In this document: positions 1-12,578 of the stretch, one piece after another
Position numbering within the stretch: the stretch's first letter is position 1
Layout: each line of letters begins with the position of its first letter
Source of the DNA: Hemiscyllium ocellatum
Taxonomy: Eukaryota
Reading direction: 5' to 3'
DNA: 64,000 nucleotides
NCBI RefSeq assembly: GCF_020745735.1
Contig: NC_083402.1
Span: 7,874,001-7,938,000 of the forward strand
Position numbers and translations under genes: made by a program
Notes under the pieces: model-generated
Told to the model about the DNA's origin: nothing
The model's input: only the letters and a program-made list of their open reading frames with translations
The model's database searches: none

Positions 1-630
1 GAGTGAAAGATACCCTGGAATCTGTCACCATAACACGATAGCATTGAATATTCAGTTTGAGGGAGCGAACCTTGTGTTGGCAGCTGCTGTGCTTAGCTTA
101 TCGAAGGGAATGGGGGCAGAACTGGCTGGAGTGAGCTGCAGAAACAGTCTAGCAGCAAAAACAGCTGAGGAACAATGGCAGACTTGTAACAAAATAGTTC
201 ATGGCTCCACAGCAAAGGGACAATCCAGTGAGGAGAAGCATTCTGGGAAGTGGATAAGCCAATCAGGATTAACCAGGGAAGTTCAGTATAGTATCGAGTT
301 GAAAGAAGGAACATATAACGTGACAAATATTCATGGAAAACCAAAGAAATTTTAACAACCAACAAGTAAACTCATGAGAGAGAGAGAGAGAGCGCGAGAG
401 AGAGAGAGAGAGAGAGAGAGAGCAAATATCTAAAAAGGAAGAAAAGGGCCAGAGAGACCACAGACCCCTTCGAGAGTAAGGGCTGGGAAATAATCATCAG
501 GAACCAAGAAATGGGAAAGGAATTAAATAAATCATTTTTAGCAGTTTTTCACAGTAAAAGGCATGAACAGCATCCCAAACTTAATAACCATTCAAGGGCA
601 AAAGGACAAGAATAAATACAATAAATACAA
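1..630 (+). mobile_element. Degenerate CR1 LINE ORF2 fragment (endonuclease-RT linker) containing a (GA)n microsatellite at ~376-421
   Basis: Translation GMGAELAGVSCRNSLAAKTAEEQWQT resembles the CR1 ORF2 linker seen in other copies here; stops and frameshifts. Confidence 0.7.
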
Positions 631-2180
631 GTATGCTGTTTTGGAAATTGTAGGGAGTGATGGACTCTCGGAGGAAGGCAGCACGGACAGCCAACTTTCT
701 GGGACTGAGACTGGCTCGACTGTAACGGGGGTAGGTCAGGTTCCAAGTGAGTCTCTAGTCAGAGGCACAGATAGTCGTTTCAGTGTCCTGCAGTGAGATA
801 TCAGAGTGGTGTTTTGTCCCCTCTGTGCCAAGATCAAGACAGTCTCAGAGAGGGTGCAGAATATTCGTAAAGGGAGTTGGGGGGACCAACAGGAGGTCGT
901 TGTACACGTTAGAACCAATGAGATAGGAAGAGAAAAAGATTGGATTGTGAGGAGAGAATATAGTAAGATAGGCAGGAGGCTAAAAAGTAGGTCCCTGAGT
1001 ACAGTAATATTTGGATTATTCCTCGTATCATGTGCAAGTGATCAAAGGAATAGGAGGATAAAGCAGATAAATGATCAGCTGAGGAGCTGGTATAGGGGAG
1101 AATACAAACTTTCAGATCATTAGAATCTCTTCTGGGGTAGAAGTGTCCTGTATAAGAAGGACGAGTTGTAGCTGGACAGGAAGGGGAGATTTACTGGAGC
1201 CAACCAGAATGGAGGTGAAAGGTGAGGCTGTGGGGGATTGCAGGGTGATAGTGAGAAAAGGGATCATTCTGAGATGGTGCACTTGGGAAAAGAAACAAGT
1301 CAAGTAGTCAGTGCAGGCAGGAGCAAAGCAGAGAACAAGATCGAACATATCAATTAGCATGCACTTATTTCAATGTAAGCAGACTGAGATGTGAGGCAGA
1401 TGAACTCAGGGCCAGGTTGGGAAGATGAGACTGGGATATCATAGCTATTACAGAAACATAGCACAGGGATGGTCAGGACTGACAGCTTCATGTTCCACGA
1501 TTTTATCAATGATTTGGATTTGAATACAGGAGCGATGTTTAGTAAGTTTCGGATGATACCAAAATCGGTGGTATACTGAACAGCGAAGAAGGTTATCTCA
1601 GAGTACAACAGGACTTTGATCAGATGGGACGATGGGCGGAGGAATGGCAGATACAGTTTAATTTAGAAGAATGTGAGATGTTACCTTTTAGTTGGGCAAA
1701 TCAGTGCAGACCTTATACACTTAGTGGTAAGGTCCCGGGGAGAGTTGCTGAACAATGAGGTCTTGTTCTTTGAAGGTGGAATCACAGGTAGACAGGTTAC
1801 TGAAGAGGGTGTTTGGTACGCTTGCCTTTCTTGGTCAGTGCATTGAGTATAAGAGTTGGGAGATCATGTTGTTACTCAATAGGAAACTGGCTAGGCCACT
1901 TTCGGAATACTGCATTCACGTCTAGTCTCCCTGCTATCGGAAAGATTTTGTGAAATTCAAAAGGGTTCAGGAAGTACATGGAAGGATGTTGTCAGGGTTG
2001 GAGTGTTTGAATATAGGGAGAGGCTGAATAGGTTTGGGCTGTTTCCCCTGGTGCATCAGAGGCTGAGGGCTGAGCCTTTTAGAAGTTCATAAAATCATGT
2101 GGGGCATGGATTAATTAGAATATCTGCTTACCGGGGACGAGTTGGGCTGAAGGGTCTGTTTCCACGCTGTACATGTCTGT
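631..2180 (+). mobile_element. Internally deleted CR1 LINE: ORF1 SGNH/esterase-like region, start of endonuclease, RT C-terminus and 3' tail
   Basis: ESLVRGTDSRF and VVVHVRTNEIG match the CR1 ORF1 esterase motifs (GDS.VRG / HIGTND) of the copy at 36.7-37.5 kb; ends in the CR1 tail gggctgaagggtctgtttccacgctgtac. Confidence 0.8.
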
Positions 2181-2566
2181 ACGTCTAATAACTATCATGA
2201 CAGAAAAAGCATGAAGGAAACTGATGGAGTTAAAGACCAATTGGTCCCCTGCACCTGACTGGGTGATTCTAGGGTATTAAAGGAAGTTATTGAAGAGACA
2301 ATAAACGCACAGATGTTCACCTTCCAAGAATCTTTGGAAAGGTCCCAGAGAATTAGAAATCTCCCAAAGTAACACTCTTGTTTTTCAAGGAAAGGAGACA
2401 GAAAAAAACGCTACCCAATGTGTCCATCACTTGGAGTTCTGAAGCAATGTGGTCTCACTGGGGATGGCGGATGTTTCCTTTCAAGATGGCAGGAAAAAAG
2501 AAGGGACTGCATCAGGCAGCAGGCTGGATATAGTTTACTGACACATTGCTACAAGGTTTCCATCAA

Positions 2567-2642
2567 CTACAGTAACAAGCATCTGGTTAGATTTCTGAAG
2601 GTCACTGTGTGGATAGCTGAGTACAATACAGGATGGAATGCC
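2567..2642 (-). CDS. Candidate terminal cytoplasmic exon encoding AFHPVLYSAIHTVTFRNLTRCLLL* (ITIM-consensus VLYSAI)
   Basis: Strong pyrimidine-rich acceptor (ctcactctcctcccaatttgcag|G, AG at 2644-2643); same strand as and downstream of the Ig exons; non-repeat-looking island. No transcript support. Confidence 0.35.
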
Positions 2643-2889
2643 CTGCAAATTGGGAGGAGAGTGAGAATTGGGGGCGTAATTTGAGATAAAGACATCAGCA
2701 AAAATGAAAGTGAAAAAATGGGGATGCAGAAAATTGGAAATAGAAAGAAGGTGCTGGAGAAACTCAGCAGGTCCGGCATCCGGTGTGGTGTCAGAAACAG
2801 AGTTAACATTTCAGGCCAATAACTTTCCATCAGTGAGTAAAGCACAGATATGTTGCTCCAAGTGTTGTGTTTGAAGCAAATTAAGCATT

Positions 2890-4545
2890 TCCACGGCATA
2901 GTCCTGGCAATCTCATCGGGGAAATAGACAAGGCCTTTTTCCTGGTGTGGGAAAGTGTAGAACTAGAGGGCATAAGTTTAGGGTGAGAGGGGAAACATTT
3001 AAAAGGGACCTAAAGGGCAACTTTTTCATGCTGAAGGTGGTGCATGTATGGAATAAGATTCTAGAGAAAGTGGTGGAGTCAGGTATAATTACAAAATTTA
3101 AAAGGCATCTGGATAGGTATATGAATAGGAAGGGTTTGGAGAGAGACATGGCCCAAACACTGGCAAAAGGAACGGGATTAATTTAGGAAATCTGGTCAGA
3201 ATGGATGAGTTGGACCGAAGGGTCTGTTTTCGTGCTGTACATCTCTATGATTCTGTAGACCAATTCGTTAATGTCTGATATTGGGAAAATGTGAGATCAA
3301 AATTAAGATGTCTTGGCAGAATATTTAGAAGCGTATTATATGATCAAGCAGAGTCAACATGACTTCATAAAGAGGAAATTATCTTGAATTCTTTGAGGTG
3401 GTGACTAGCTGGATAAATAAAAGGGAATTGATGGATGTTTCATATGTTTTTAGAAGATCTTTCAGCAGGTGCAACACATTAAACTCCTTAATGCGGTTAG
3501 ATTCTAGGGTGCTGGTGGTAGTATATGAACATGGATAGAGAATTGACTAACTGATCAAAAACAGAGAGTTGGGATAAGGCGGGAGTGGTGTATCACAGGA
3601 TCTGAGATGGGGCCACATTTATTATAATATACATTAATGATTTGGATGAGGTCAGTGAATGCACTGTAGCCAAGTTTGCTGATGACAAAAATGTAGGTGA
3701 GAAGCAAGTGATGAGGATGAAATACAGAAGCTGCGGAGAGATGTCGACAGGTTAAATAAGTGGGAAAAACGTGGCTGTTGGAATATAATGTGGAAAATGT
3801 AAGGTTATACATTTGGTACAAAGAATAGAGAGGCTGAATATTAGTGAAACAGAGAAAGCCTGCAGAAAGTTCCAGAACAGAAGAATATGGAAGTTTCACA
3901 AAAACATTCAGCAGAGAGTAGGGAACGTCAATGGAATGCTGACCTTTATTTCAAATGGAATCGAATTTTAAAGTGGGGAGGTTTTACCAGACACTAGTTA
4001 GCTCACAGCTGGAATATTGTGGATAGGTTTGGTCCCTTATCAAAGGACAGTGACACTGGCATTGGAGGCAGTCCAGAGAAGATTCAATTAGTTGATGCCA
4101 GGTCGGGAGGGGCTGTCTTATGGGCAGCGTTTGACAAGATTGAGCCTGTGCTTGATGGATTACAGAAGAATGACAAGTGACCAAATTGAGACATTAAAGA
4201 TGCTTCGGGTGCTTGATAAGGTGGATGCAGCGTGGTTGTCCCCTTGTCAGGAACAGAGGGCATCAGCTCAGAATGAGGGGTAACACATTTCAGATGAGAG
4301 GAATTTCTTCTCTAAGAGGATCGTGAATCTCTGGATTACTTTACCACAGACAGCAATAAATGCTGGGTCATTAAGTATAGCCAAGGCTGAGATAGACAAA
4401 TTTTTAATCATTCACGGAATCGAGGATTGTGAAGATAAAGCAAGAATGGGGAATTGACGTTTAACATCTCAGTCATGATCTCATTGAATGTGGAACAGAC
4501 TCAATGGGCTGAATGGCCTTCCTCTGTTCCTATATCTTATGGGCT
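2890..4545 (+). mobile_element. Two 5'-truncated CR1 LINE 3' fragments
   Basis: GHKFRVRGETFKRDLKGNFFMLKVVHVWN C-terminal motif; a second copy has RT remnants (aagtttgctgatgac, FADD) and a 3' tail ending ~4545. Confidence 0.85.
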
Positions 4546-5036
4546 ACCTGCCTCAGTTCTCAACACCTCCATTTCTGAAACCTGTAAATCCCATTTGCTT
4601 TTCCAACCACATTCTCAACATGTCCTGACATCTTCAAAAACCGATCCACTCTGACCCCCGACTTCCTGTATCCAGATCCATCCTTGAGATCCCTGTCATT
4701 GACTCCATATTGCCCATAGGGAACATGGAACCAGGTGGATCTTGGAGCTTGCATCCTTGGTGATGTTTTCTCTGGTCCCTACCTCAGAACACTGAAGCCA
4801 GTTTGAACACAACAAATTAGGGAGTTGATGGGAGACTGTGGGAAGTTTCAGACACAGTGATGGAATGATCCATAAATCCCAGCCTCATCTCTCCCTCTCT
4901 CCTTCTCACTGTCTCCTGCCTGAGACCAACTGAAAGAGCCCAAGAGAAGGAGCCAACCCGAGAGCTCCCGGTCCAGGTGGAGTCTGTTCCCATTGAGCTA
5001 TCGGGGCAGTGACACCACCCAAACATTGTTCCTTAC

Positions 5037-7181
5037 CTTCAATGTCCAGCTTTGTTGGAGACAGTGTTTGAAAATTATCAATATTGAGCTCCACATGACA
5101 CCGATAGGGACTAGCATCCTCCTGGCTCAGTCCCTCCATCTTTACTGAGACATCTTTGTTGCTGAGGTTCCCCACAAATCTCAATCGATTCCCACCGTCT
5201 CGCTGTATCGCATTCTCACACAGCTCACCCTGGGAATGGTCTGGACCAGGATATGGACAGTTAAAGATAAAAGCCTGTGTTTCCTCCTTGTATCATAAGA
5301 TGGAACCGGTGAGTGTGAGGTGAGTGTCAGGGTGGGTGAAGCTGCAGGGTAAGACAGCGGAGCCTCCTTCCTCAGCCCTCACTCCATCCGCGATTGTCAT
5401 TGCCCAATCAAGGGCCAACCAAGGATAGTAGTGGGAAGTTGTGTGTGGAATCAGAGGAGACAGGGGAAGCACTAAATGAATATTTTTCAACAGTATTCAC
5501 TCTAGGAAAACAACAATGTTGTCAAGGAGAATACTGAGATACAGGCTACTAGACTAGGTGGGATTGAGGTTCACAAGGAAGAGGTATTAGAAACCCTGCA
5601 GAGTGTGAAAATAGATAAGTCCCCTGGGCCGGATGGGATTTATCCTAAAATCCTCTGGGAAGCCAGAGAGGAGATTGCCGAGCCTTTGACATTGATCTTT
5701 AAATCGTCATTGTCTACAGGAACAGTGCCATACTGGAGGATAGCAAATATGGTTCCTCTGTTCAAGAAGGGGAATAGAGACAACCCTGTTAATTATAGAC
5801 CAGTGAGCCTGGCTTCAGTTGTTGGTAAAGTGTTGGAAAAGGTTATAAGAGATAGGATTTATATCATCTAGAAAAGAATAATTTGATTAGGGATAATCAG
5901 CAAGGTTTTGTGAAGGGTAGGTCGTGCCTCACAAACCTTATTGAGTTCTTTGAGAAGGTGACCAAACAGGTAGATGAGAGTAAACCGGTTGATGTAGTGT
6001 ATTTGGATTTCAGCAAAGCATTCGATAAAGTTCCCCACAGTAGGCTTGTACAAAATGTGGAGGAATGGGATTGTGGGAGATAAAGCTGTTTGGATCAGTA
6101 ATTTGCTTGTTGAAAGAAGACAGAGAGTGGTGGTTGATGGGAAATGTTCATCCTGGAGTCCAGTTATAGTGGTGTACCGCAAGGGTCGGTGTTGGGTCCA
6201 CTGCTGTTTGTCATTTTTACAAATGACCTGGATGAGTGCATAGAAGGGTGGGTTAGTAAATTCACAAATGACACTAAGGTCGGTGGAGTTGTGGATAGTG
6301 ACGAAGGATGTTGTAGATTACAGAGAGACAAAAATAAGCTGCAGAGCTGGGCTGAGAGGTGGCAAATGGAGTTTAATGCGGACAAGTGTGAGGTGATTCA
6401 CTTTGGTCGGAGGAACCGGAATGCAAAGTACTGGGCTAATGGTAAGATTCTTGATAGTGTAGATGAGCAGAGAGATCTCAGTGTCCATGTACACAGATTC
6501 TTGAAAGTTGCCACCCTGGGTTGACAGGTTGTTCAGAAGGCATGCAATGTTTTTGCTTTTATTAATAGAGCTATCAATTTCCGGAACTATGAGGTTATGC
6601 TACAGCTGTACAAAACTCTGGTGTGGCCGCACTTGGAGTATTGTGTACAATTCTGGTCACCACATTATAAGAAGGATGTGGAAGGTTTGGAAAGGGTGCA
6701 GAGGAGATTTACTAGGATGTTGCCTGATATGGAGGGAAGGTCTTACGAGGAAAGGCTGAGGGACTTGAGGCTGTTTTTGTTGGAGAGAAGAAGGTTGAGA
6801 GGTGACTTAATAGAGACATATAAGATCAACAGAGGGTTAGATAGGGTGGACAGGGAGAGCCTTTTTCCAAGTATGGGGACGGTGAGCACGAGGGGGCATA
6901 GCTTTAAATTGAGGGGTGATAGATATAGGACAGATTTCAGAGGTAGTTTCTTTACTCAGAGAGTAGTAAGGGTATGAAATGCTTTGCTTGCAACAGTCGT
7001 AGACTCACCAACTTTAAGTGCATTTAAGTCGTCATTGGACAAACATATGGAGGTACATGGAATAGTATAGGTTAGATGGGCTTCAGATTGGCATGACTGG
7101 TCGGTGCAATATCGAGGGCTGAAGGACCTGTACTGTGCTGTAATGTTCTATGTTCTATGTTCTAACCCTTAGCAGAAACCG
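5037..7181 (-). pseudogene. Disrupted Siglec-15-like V-set exon (paralog of 18607-18993), split by a CR1 insertion and carrying a nonsense codon
   Basis: Acceptor cctcacag|C at 7181, then 17 nt (7181-7165) plus 370 nt (5406-5037) = 387 nt, the same length as the intact exon. Donor G|GTAAG at 5036. The conserved Trp is TGA (5293-5295) and CRVE has become CHVE (CAT at 5095-5097). Confidence 0.9.
5407..7164 (+). mobile_element. 5'-truncated CR1 LINE (RT to 3' end) inserted inside the V exon
   Basis: KIDKSPGPDGIYP, NYRPVSL, YLDFSKAFDKVPH and [13 protein letters not shown] motifs; (TGTTCTA)n tail ends at 7164; exon sequence resumes on both sides. Confidence 0.95.
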
Positions 7182-7349
7182 CTGTGAGGGGAAAGACTGG
7201 GAGAGAGAGGATATGAACACAGCATTGGGACAGATATCAGTGTGTGGGACTGAAACTTGGAGACTCTATTCTGAGTATGTTATTTAGTGAGAACAGGTTT
7301 CGCAGCTATAATGAGAGGGAGTGAACAATTAGTAATGTAAATTCATGAG

Positions 7350-7610
7350 CAATCCAATACACTGGGGACAGAGTTTCAGTTCCCACCATGGCAGCTGCTG
7401 GAAATTCAATTCAGTGATTACATCAGGAATTAAACACCAGGCCAATGGGAACCATGAAACCATGATCAATTGTTGGAAAAAATCCATCTGGTTCACTGAT
7501 GTTCTTTAGAGAAGGGAAGTACCGTCCTTACCCAGTCTGACCTGCATGTGACTCCAGTCCCACAGCAACAGATTCAACTCTGAAACTCCCACATCAATGG
7601 CAAAGGGAGA
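7350..7610 (+). mobile_element. SINE-like repeat, family 2 (related copies ~11480-11690 -, ~17810-18035 -, ~22660-22900 +)
   Basis: Recurrent tcccaccatggcagctg...accatgaaac...ccatctggttcact...ccagtctgacctgcatgtgactccag block; family not named. Confidence 0.55.
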
Positions 7611-7669
7611 CACTGAGTTGGACAAAACCAGCACAAAATGTGAAAGGAAAGTAATAGGTATGTGCAGCA

Positions 7670-8450
7670 TAGAATCAGACCCTTCAGTCCAACTTGTCCA
7701 TGCCCATCAGATATCCTGAATATCTTTTCTGAACCCTTTTGAGTTTCACAGCATCTTTGCTATAGCAGGGAGGCCAGAAATGAATGCAGTATTCCAAAAG
7801 TGGTCCAACCAGCATCCTGTACAGGCATGACAAGACCTCCTCATTCCTATACTCTATACCTTCAACAATAAAGGTGAGTTTACCAAGTGCTTCCTTCATT
7901 AACCAGTCTCCCCTTTGACTCCACTTTCAAAGAACAATGAACCTGCACTCCAAGGTCTCTTAGTTTGGTAACACTCCCCAGTACCTTACCAGGAAGTGTA
8001 TAAGTCCTGCCCTGATTTGCCTTACCAAAATGCAACACCTCAAATTTATCCAAGTTAAACTCCATCTGCCACTCCTCAGCCCATTGGCCCATCTGATCAA
8101 ATTCCTGTTGTCCTCTGTGATAATCTTCTTTGCTGTCAATGACACCTCCAATTTTGGTGTCATCTGGAAACTTACTGACCATTTCTCTGATATTCACATC
8201 TGAGCCATTTATATAAATGACAAGAAGCAGTGGATCCAGCACCGCTGGGTACAGGCCTCCAGTCTAAAAAGCAATCCTGCACCACCACACTCTGTGTCCT
8301 ATCTTCAAGCCAGTTATGTATCTAAATGGCTAGTTCCCCTGTATTCCATGTGATCTAACCTTGTTAACCAGTCTATCATGCAGAACCCTGTCAAATATCT
8401 TGCTGAAGTCCATTTAGGCCATGTCCACCACTCTCCATTCATCAATCATC
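7670..8450 (-). mobile_element. CR1 LINE RT fragment
   Basis: LDPLLLVIYIN...SKFPDDTKIGG...WQMEFNLDK and LLEYCIHFWPP motifs on the minus strand. Confidence 0.9.
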
Positions 8451-8499
8451 TTCATCACTCCTTCTCTCTGTAGGCTCTAGATTATTTACACTTTCAGAC

Positions 8500-9530
8500 A
8501 CTCCAGGAATGTATAGCATTATAACAGCACAATTCAACCAATCAGACAGCAGTTGCTAAGCAGAATTTTCTTAACTCGAAACACTATCATGAAGTCCGAT
8601 GGCATCAGGTCAAACATGAGCAAGGAAATCTCCGGATGACTACCCACTGCCACAATCCCCCCACTCCCAGGCTTCTGATCATGTTTATCACCACTTGGAG
8701 GAAGCACTGAGGTCAACACTGGCACAGAATGTACTCTGGGTGGGAGACGTCACTGTCCAACACCAAGACAGACTCAGCAGCTTTACTACTGCCTGAGCTG
8801 GTGGAATCTGAAATGACATAGCTCTTGGACTGGGTCTGTGGTGGGTGGTGAGGGAACCAACAAGAGAGAAAAGCTTGACCTTGTCCTCAGCCGTCTATCT
8901 GCCTATTATAGGATTGGGAGGAGTAACTATCACACGGTCCCGTGGAGACAAAGTCCCATCTTCACATTGAGGTACATCCCCATCATGCATGGCACTAGCC
9001 CTTTGTTAAATGGGACAGACTTTGAACAGATCAAGCAAGTCAAGACTGGGATCCCTGAGACACTGTGGGCCATCAATACAGCAGAGTGAGCTGTAACACA
9101 ACCTGTAAGCTCATGGCATGTAATTCTCCCCCACTCAGCCATTAACATCAAGTCAGGACATCAATTCTGGTTCAATGAACAATGCAGGAGGTGATGCCAG
9201 GAACATCACCAGCAAACCTGAAAATGAGATGTCAGCTATAAAACTACTTCTGTGTCAAACAGCATAAACTGCAATTGATGCTCTGGGGTAAGTGATTCCA
9301 CTGTCAGTGCATCAGATATAAGCTCAGCAGACCTGTCACATGCAGTTATGAATGGTTGAGGACAATTAAGCAACTAACAGGAATATGAGTCTCCACAAAT
9401 ATCCCCATCCTCAATGAGGGGGGCCCTGCTCATCAGTGCAAATGATAGGGCTGAAGCATTCCCAACTAACTTGACCCAGAAGATGTCCCCAGCATCATAG
9501 ATGATTCCTTACCCAGCCAGCAAATATAAT
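8500..9530 (+). mobile_element. Degenerate non-LTR retrotransposon, family B (AP-endonuclease region; CR1/L2-like); further pieces at ~17020-17450 +, ~17450-17770 -, ~48772-49130 -
   Basis: cagaatgtactctgggtgggagac (QNVLWVGD, endonuclease GDFN-like motif). The 17-kb and 48.8-kb pieces share ctctgcaggagttcctcagg / ccctccatcataaggtc blocks; linking them to this endonuclease fragment is inferred. Confidence 0.6.
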
Positions 9531-10164
9531 TCAGTAGGTCAGCATTCACGTGTAGATGGGGCTAGGGACAGAAATAATGGGACCTAGTGCTGTTCCTCAC
9601 ACAGCCCCTGGCCCAACCTCCAGGACCTACACTCGCTTCCACTGACCTGACACAGTGAACACCCTTCTTCAATCCTGATGTACTGTCCACCCCTGTCCTG
9701 GAGACCTGACCAAGTAAGGATGGCAGAGACAAAAACAGAAATTGTGGGAAAATCTCAGCAGGTATGGTGACATCTGTGGCGAGAAAGTAGAGTTAATGTT
9801 TTGGGTCCAGTGACACTTCTTCAGAAATAAAATGATCAAAAACCGTGGACTGAGAGGAGTGCGGATCTTGTAGCTGCTCCTGAGATTCAGAATTATTTCC
9901 AAATTTACTTTCAGATTCCTTACATTTATTAAATTTCAGTAATACAAGCTTTTTATTTGGTTCATTTTTAGCTCTTTTATCGTCAAAAATGCAAAAGAAG
10001 CAAAAAAAACTGACACAATTTTTTATGAAATGGAGTTTTATCAATGGAAGTTTTGGACAGGCCCACATGTGGACTGTTCAGTCTTTTTCCACTATGAAAT
10101 TATGAGAGAGATGTTTTTAAACTCACTGAAGCAATTTTTTTTTAATTGTTGAGGAATGTTTTGT

Positions 10165-10660
10165 TTCAAGTCAAGTTGTGTTCACACACCTCTTGGACAG
10201 ACTGACACGTGGGATTTTATTTTTAATCAGAACATTGATAGCTGTTCTAAATATAATACCTAAAATTGCAACATTTAAGAGGCATTTGGATGGGTATATG
10301 AATAGGAAGGGTTTGGAGGGATATGGGCCGGGTGCTGGCAGGTTGAATGAGATTGGGTTGGGATATCTGGTCGGCATGGACAGGTTGGACCGAAGGGTCT
10401 GTTTCCATACTGTACATCTCTATGACTCCATGCCTCTAAGGGGCAGTTTTTATTTTACACAGAGAGTGGTTTATGTGGAATGAACTTCCAGAGGAAATGG
10501 TGGATGTGGGGATAGTTGCAACATTTAAAAGGCATTTCGATAATTTCATGAAAAAGAAATGTTTTGAGGGATATGGGCCAAGCGCAGGCAGGTGGGATTG
10601 TGTTCAGTGTGGACTAGTTGAACTGAAGGGTCTGCTCCTGTGCTGTATGACTCTATAACT
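10165..10660 (+). mobile_element. Two adjacent CR1 3'-end fragments
   Basis: ATFKRHLDGYMNRKGLEGYGP and YFTQRVV motifs with CR1 tails. Confidence 0.85.
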
Positions 10661-11269
10661 GATTATAGCTGGGGGAAAGATTGGTATAGATGCTGAAGAT
10701 GGGGAGGTGGGTGAGGGGGCAGGAGTAAACACTCAGAGGAAACGGACCCCAGACAGAGAGAAAAGCAATTGGACAGACAAACGAAAGGGGAAAGGTCAGC
10801 TTGGGAGAATGAACAGCTGCTGATGGGGACCATTCGTCACTGACAATGGATTGTTTTGGTAGTAGCCCATGTGATGACAAGGCCTGGTGTGTGGGGGTTG
10901 GGGGAAGGAGATAGGAGAAGGTGCTGAGGCCCTCAAATTATTCACCTCAATATTGAGTCCAGAAGGTCACTGGGTCCCCAAAAAGTGGTGTGTGGAAATG
11001 GCAGGCAACTGGATGCTGAGGATCATTTTTGTGGGCAGAACATTTCTGTTCTGCAAAATATTCACCCAGTCTGTGTTTTGTTTTCCCAATACAGAGTTAG
11101 AAGTGGACTGTGCAGAGTTGGTGGATAATGAACAGCCCTGAGCCTGCGTGAGGTGGTGCTGATGGAGAGAGAGGGCTCAATATTGTGCATATGGCAACAC
11201 ATGACACTGAGTGTGAATGACAGGTTTCATTCTCTAAATCAAGTTGCCATATTATTACCAGACCATGGG

Positions 11270-11470
11270 CGGCTTTCTCTTGAGAGAGAGAGAGAGAGAG
11301 ATACACACACACAAAACTGGTGGTGGTTTAACCTGAGGGTCACCACACCTCAGTGAGGAGAGAGTTGAGAAGGAGGGTGCTTCATGGTCACCTGAGCCAA
11401 TGTGGGTATTGAACCCACACTGTTGGCATCACACTGCTTTGCAAACCAACCGTCCAACTAACTTAACCGA
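11270..11470 (-). mobile_element. tRNA-derived SINE, family C (copies ~19510-19690 -, ~47060-47240 -, ~47560-47750 +)
   Basis: Reverse strand starts with A-box-like ttagttgg and B-box-like ggttcaatacc; shared ggtttaacctgagggtcaccac body. Confidence 0.6.
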
Positions 11471-12230
11471 AACCTAGATTCCCTAAAGTGTATGATTCAA
11501 TCAGATCGGCTTTTCCAAATCTCAACAATGGTCACATGTAACTATTAGGTTAGCTTTTTTCTTAAACTTCCAGATTTTTAAAAAATAAAATTCACCTTCT
11601 GCTGTGGTGGGATTTGAACCCATGAACCCAGAATTGGGTGTCTGGATTGGTCACCCAGTGATAGTAACACTAACAGTACACCACCAGCTCCTGTTATAAC
11701 CCATGTGTGAATGCAGGGCTAGGATAGGTCCCACGTGGCTGTGATGCCTCACACAGTCAGATGGACACTGGGGGAATGTACTTGCACTGATGGAACTATT
11801 CCCGATGAAGGTTGGAACCAAGAGGGACACATTAGTCTGTAGCACCTTCCTGTTCAAGGAGATGATTTTAATGTCAGTATAACTTTGGGTCATTTGGAGA
11901 TTGAACTAAATATTCTGAATGTGTCAATGTCTTTCAATACTGACATCAGAATGCACCTAAAAATATCAGCACATCATAGTAAATTAAATATTGAAAAAAA
12001 TTAAATTTGAAGCCAAAAGCTAAAATACTACAGATGCTGGACATTTTAAATGAACATCAAAATGCTGCAAACACTCAGCAGGGCAGAGAACACTGATGGA
12101 GAGAAACAGGGTTAATGTTTTAGTTCCATGTCCTTTCACCAGAAAATCAAATCACAAAACATTCACCGAATCTGTTCCACTCTCACTGTGCACCTTCTAC
12201 AGGCTGAAGAATGTGGGAACGGTTTCTTAC

Positions 12231-12578
12231 CATGTACCTGCAGCCGAGTCTCTTTCTGGATCAGATATAAAAGATTGCGTCTTGACCTGTATTCCACCAG
12301 ACACAGGTAAGTGTGATTGTCCCTCACACTCAGCTGGTTTATCCTGGTCGAGGCGTTTCCCTCCTCTGGGTTCCCGATGAGCTCGTACCGATTTCCACCG
12401 TGTCCAGTTGTCCAAGTTCCCTGTGATTGGGCTGTAAATGTAACGATGTGTTGGTAGGGCTCCTTCCTCATCCAGGTAACAGTGGTCAGGGTGTGGTAGT
12501 CCCAGCTCCTGAAGATACAGGGTAAAGTAACTGAATCTCCCTCTGTCCCACTCACCACTGGGACATTTCCCTGAGCAG
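12231..12578 (-). CDS. Ig V-set domain exon (V-B), Siglec-like but lacking the sialic-acid-binding Arg
   Basis: Acceptor tcctttcctcag|CT at 12578 and donor G|GTAAG at 12230; 348 nt, phase 1-1, open. Motifs: SVTLPC (B-strand Cys), VTWMRK (C-strand Trp), RYELIGNP, DNHTYLC (F-strand), ETRLQV (G-strand); CLVE in place of CRVE. Confidence 0.9.

Noticed and set aside
11095-11141. Plus-strand acceptor followed by ELEVDCAEL (ITIM-like if Cys were Tyr)
   Set aside because: Opposite strand to the gene, needs a mutation to fit, and has no upstream plus-strand gene in view.
12152-12190. CACAGTG heptamer 40 nt after the V-B donor with an ACAAAAC-like motif 23 nt away (possible V(D)J recombination signal)
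   Set aside because: The nonamer-like motif is in the wrong orientation relative to the heptamer, the site is intronic, and the exon already encodes its own G strand. No evidence of a rearranging locus.
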